Source of the DNA: Phycisphaerales bacterium | GTDB lineage: Bacteria; Planctomycetota; Phycisphaerae; WQYP01 | DNA length: 10,701 nucleotides | Assembly (NCBI GenBank): GCA_027451365.1 | Contig: DAIDJN010000031.1 | Location: forward strand, 1-10,701 | Reading direction: 5' to 3' | In this document: positions 7,995-10,701 of the stretch, piece after piece | Numbering within the stretch: the stretch's first letter is position 1 | Layout: the number at the start of each line of letters is the position of its first letter | Translations under genes and position numbers: made by a program | Notes under the pieces: generated by a model | The model's input: only the letters and a program-made list of their open reading frames with translations | Told to the model about the DNA's origin: nothing | Databases searched by the model: none

Positions 7995-8423
7995 TTAGCT
8001 TTGCCACTGCCTGGTGAGCACCAATGGATGGAATAAAAGCAGAACGGCCAAGGCCGTGCCAAAAATCCCGAGCCAGGGAATGCGCCGACCCTCGCCCCGA
8101 CCGGTAAGGTAGACTGCGACCGCCGCTTCGCAGGCACCCAGAGCGAACCAGCAACCAAGCCCGAAGACGCATGCGCTAAAATCGCGCATCGCGTCGTATG
8201 TTCCCACGATTGACCAGGGGTTTTTCGCCATGGGCGTAATGAATAATATCGCCGGAAGCCATTGCAAAAGCGCCGCCCCCAATAGGCCGAAGACTCCTAG
8301 GGTCGCACCGGCAAAATCTGCGACCGCCGCGGCCGATGGCCCCTCTGAAAACAATCGGCCAAGCGGCCGCCAGCAGAGCGCCAGGCCGCCACGTAACATC
8401 CGCCATTTTCTTGAATTTGCCAT
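7995..8423 (-). CDS. Hypothetical integral membrane protein (3-4 TM helices, 142 aa); candidate immunity protein
   Basis: GGGAGG 6 nt before the ATG; 18 nt downstream of the previous stop; several hydrophobic segments. Confidence 0.72.
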   Translation of the reverse strand: MANSRKWRMLRGGLALCWRPLGRLFSEGPSAAAVADFAGATLGVFGLLGAALLQWLPAILFITPMAKNPWSIVGTYDAMRDFSACVFGLGCWFALGACEAAVAVYLTGRGEGRRIPWLGIFGTALAVLLLFHPLVLTRQWQS

Positions 8424-8441
8424 TGCACGCCTCCCGGATAA

Positions 8442-8993
8442 CTAAAACGAAAAATGGGATGCGCCTGTGCCGTAGCCAGAAAGCGGTCCTTTTGAGAAGA
8501 GCGGCTTAAAAAGCCTGCGGTAAATGTCCGCTCGTTTGCCATGCACGTAATACGCCTCGGGGAGAGCGTCGGAATGGTGGTAGAGCAGAATGAAGAACCC
8601 GTCTTGGAGCCGATATATCCGGGCGCGTGCACCACGTTCCCAGCGGAATGGGTAGCTGAAGCAGATGTACGCGTCGACCATCGGAAATCGCCGTCTATCA
8701 TGCCACACTTTCGGCCAATGCTGCTCCGCAAGCAGCCTGGTGTCGGCGAGTTCCTGCATGGCTCTCTTGGCGCGAGGCGAGACGTAGAGAATGCTCACGT
8801 TAGCGTAATCATTGTGGCCTATCCAGCGACCATCGTAGGTCGAGATTTCGACATACGTGAGGTACGGATGCCCGGCGAGGGGAAACTTTTGCCCGTGGCC
8901 CCACGCAAACGCCGCGGCGACCATTGCGATGGGGGTCAGCAGGAAGATGACTGCGGCGACTACCCAGATTAAGAGGCCCGAAACCAATCTCAT
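8442..8993 (-). CDS. Membrane-anchored or exported protein (183 aa); best candidate for cognate immunity to the Rhs tip
   Basis: AGGAG 10 nt upstream of the ATG at 8993, preferred over the ORF-track start at 9041, which lies inside a hairpin. N-terminal hydrophobic segment LLIWVVAAVIFLLTPIAMVAAAFAW, then a soluble aromatic-rich domain. First gene downstream of the toxin. Confidence 0.72.
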   Translation of the reverse strand: MRLVSGLLIWVVAAVIFLLTPIAMVAAAFAWGHGQKFPLAGHPYLTYVEISTYDGRWIGHNDYANVSILYVSPRAKRAMQELADTRLLAEQHWPKVWHDRRRFPMVDAYICFSYPFRWERGARARIYRLQDGFFILLYHHSDALPEAYYVHGKRADIYRRLFKPLFSKGPLSGYGTGASHFSF

Positions 8994-9036
8994 TGTCACA
9001 TTTCTCCTGCACGCGGCCCCGGTCACACGGAATTTC

Positions 9037-9082
9037 GGCACCGCTGCGAATACTCAGCCGGCGGCGCAATCGCAGCGGTGCC
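9037..9082. repeat. Perfect 13-bp inverted repeat between toxin and candidate immunity gene
   Basis: GGCACCGCTGCGA (9037-9049) and TCGCAGCGGTGCC (9070-9082), 20-nt loop, no U-tract on the coding (-) strand. Confidence 0.8.
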
Positions 9083-9084
9083 TC

Positions 9085-10002
9085 TCAGACCATTTCAGGG
9101 AGGAACCATGTCCAGTTTTCGGGCGGCGGGCTGATCTCACCGCTGAAACTGTCCGGCCAGTTAAGAGAATGCGTGAACGGCTTGTAGCGAAAATCGTTCT
9201 CAAGCTCGTATCCCGCGTCAAAGGCGTTCGACATTTGCGCCGCAAACTCCTTCCAGAAATTCCCATAAATCGGGAAGGCGTACTTGTCGTTGGTCTTAAC
9301 CTCAAGCCCTTTCGTCGCCCAAGTGACGTCATCATGGCAGCGGGTTACAGAGACACTGCCCGTGAAATTCAATACCAAGCCGCCGAATGCATACATCAGG
9401 TCGTTCGCCAAAACCGCGGAATCTCCGTATCCAATATCGAAATAGAACTGAATATATTTTTGGGCCTTCGCCGGAAGCGGGACCACGACCGTCTTGCCAT
9501 TGGGGAAAGCCGCGCGATTCGCCCTCACAAGCCCCTTGACGTAGTTCTGAAAATAGCTCTTCGTTTTTTCGCGGTAGAACTTCGATCCCTTGATCTCATT
9601 CCGGAAAGCAGCGTTGTTGAAAGCGTTCGTGGCGCCGCCGGGGAACCCTGCACCGTTTCGGTTCCCGAGAAATCCTTGCAGCAATGCTGCGGCCATCGTA
9701 TAGCCAGACTTTCTAAAATAGGCGAGCTCGTTCTGGAGCGCGGCGATATCCTGGGCAAGGTTTGGCGGCGGCGCGGAGTTGCCGCCCCAGCCGGAGCCCG
9801 GCCCAATATAGACCTGCGTCCCCGTCAAGTCAGTTGTCCCCACCGGCGCGGATTCGACATATCCGTAAAGGTTTATCCCTCCCTGATACCCAATCGGATC
9901 GCGCTGAATCCAACGGCCGAGAACGGGGTTGTATGTCCGATTGCGGACGTAATAAAGCTGCGATTCAGAATCAAAGCGGTAGCCGCAGTAGATTATTTCA
10001 TT
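9085..10002 (-). CDS. Orphan RHS repeat-associated core domain plus C-terminal polymorphic toxin tip (5'-truncated, no start codon before the core)
   Basis: Translating in frame upstream of the 9843 GTG gives NEIIYCGYRFDSESQLYYVRNRTYNPVLGRWIQRDPIGYQGGINLYGYVESAPVGTTDLTG, the Rhs-associated core ending in a PxxxxDxxG motif. The frame is open to TAA at 10156-10158 with no ATG/GTG/TTG upstream of 9843. A 244-aa tip follows. Confidence 0.9.
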   Translation of the reverse strand, partial: NEIIYCGYRFDSESQLYYVRNRTYNPVLGRWIQRDPIGYQGGINLYGYVESAPVGTTDLTGTQVYIGPGSGWGGNSAPPPNLAQDIAALQNELAYFRKSGYTMAAALLQGFLGNRNGAGFPGGATNAFNNAAFRNEIKGSKFYREKTKSYFQNYVKGLVRANRAAFPNGKTVVVPLPAKAQKYIQFYFDIGYGDSAVLANDLMYAFGGLVLNFTGSVSVTRCHDDVTWATKGLEVKTNDKYAFPIYGNFWKEFAAQMSNAFDAGYELENDFRYKPFTHSLNWPDSFSGEISPPPENWTWFLPEMV

Positions 10003-10048
10003 CGCACAGGAAGTATTGGAGGAACTGGAGGTATCGCGAGGGCGACGG

Positions 10049-10070
10049 GCAGACAGGATGTCTGCGGTCC
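10049..10070. repeat. REP-like palindromic element
   Basis: GCAGACA-GGA-TGTCTGC perfect 7-bp stem plus GGTCC tail (minus strand GGACCGCAGACATCCTGTCTGC). A degenerate second copy lies at about 10091-10119. Confidence 0.45.
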
Positions 10071-10218
10071 GGCGACCAGGAGTTTTTCCAGCCTGCCAAG
10101 ATTCATCGCGCCAGCGACCGCAACTTCGCGGCTTGGTGCCGCGGTGGTGAAAAAATTATTTATCCAGCGCGACCATAAATTGCCCTGAGAAAGGCCGACC
10201 TTGCTTCGGTAATTTGAA

Positions 10219-10419
10219 TCATACGCTAGCATTTGCTAACTGCCAAGCCAGTTCACGTCCCTGGGCATCCATTATTTTGACGCCCGATTCGCCCTTGCCA
10301 TCAAGGCTCACCGCCTGATTCTCCCGGCTGTCGTGGCCCATATAATTGATGCGGGCATTGCTCGCACCCGGTATCAGGCCAATCGATTCATCCAGCCGTC
10401 CTACCATTTCCGCGGCCAC
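10219..10419 (-). CDS. Possible hypothetical protein or gene remnant (66 aa)
   Basis: Same strand as its neighbours and overlaps the end of the upstream CDS. No motif and no clear RBS. Confidence 0.25.
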   Translation of the reverse strand: MAAEMVGRLDESIGLIPGASNARINYMGHDSRENQAVSLDGKGESGVKIMDAQGRELAWQLANASV

Positions 10420-10700
10420 CAGACAATGATGTTAAATAAGATTCCCAGCCACCACAGCTGAAGTATTAAATACCATCCCAACACGCCAAATATCCGCGAA
10501 AGTTTTGAGGGCCAAGATCGCTCCGTCCCGGTCACCGCTTTGCTGCGGGCAATCATCTCTCGGCAGAATTCCAGGCATTCCCTTAGCTGCGCCTCATCGG
10601 CAAAGGTGTGCTCTGGTATGAACACAGCGAACTGCGCCCCCCAAACCTGATCACCCCTGAAAAACCCGAGTCCGCCCGCAATTACCTCCACCCGGGTCAA
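10401..10700 (-). CDS. 3' part of a membrane protein with a YcxB-like domain (runs off the window edge)
   Basis: Frame is open to the window end. AVFIPEHTFADEAQLRECLEFCREMI resembles the YcxB-like IPxxxF plus amphipathic helix motif, followed by a C-terminal Trp-rich TM helix. Confidence 0.55.
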   Translation of the reverse strand: MTRVEVIAGGLGFFRGDQVWGAQFAVFIPEHTFADEAQLRECLEFCREMIARSKAVTGTERSWPSKLSRIFGVLGWYLILQLWWLGILFNIIVWWPRKW

Positions 10701-10701
10701 C

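Noticed and set aside
7759..8423. Two neighbouring proteins both starting MANS as evidence of duplication
   Set aside because: Similarity stops after four residues and the codons differ; consistent with chance.
8857..10188. 443-aa plus-strand ORF
   Set aside because: Antisense shadow of the Rhs core/toxin frame; no motif or RBS, while the minus frame carries a clear Rhs core.
10042..10200. Recurring GCGACC as a CRISPR array
   Set aside because: Only a 6-nt core with irregular spacing (about 30, 42 and 55 nt) and no cas genes.

Overview
Bacterial window with two parts. Positions 1-5767 are housekeeping genes: a CMD-family protein (-), a stand-alone 3-isopropylmalate dehydratase large subunit (leuC, +) closed by a long terminator hairpin, a probable 73-aa orphan gene (-), and the conserved dnaX-ybaB/ebfC-recR cluster (+). 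dnaX carries an A10 run with stop codons immediately downstream in both shifted frames, the signature of gamma/tau recoding. Positions ~6196-10701 are a minus-strand accessory tract converging on recR. It holds a start-less orphan Rhs module whose core (9820-10002) is missed by the ORF track. By my manual alignment, its 244-aa C-terminal tip resembles the colicin M lipid II-degrading fold with an altered active-site motif. The tip is followed by four closely spaced membrane or membrane-anchored genes that are candidate immunity genes. The leuC type, the RecR C-terminus and the Rhs core style suggest a Planctomycetota host (inference only). All homology calls are from motif recognition by eye; no searches were run.
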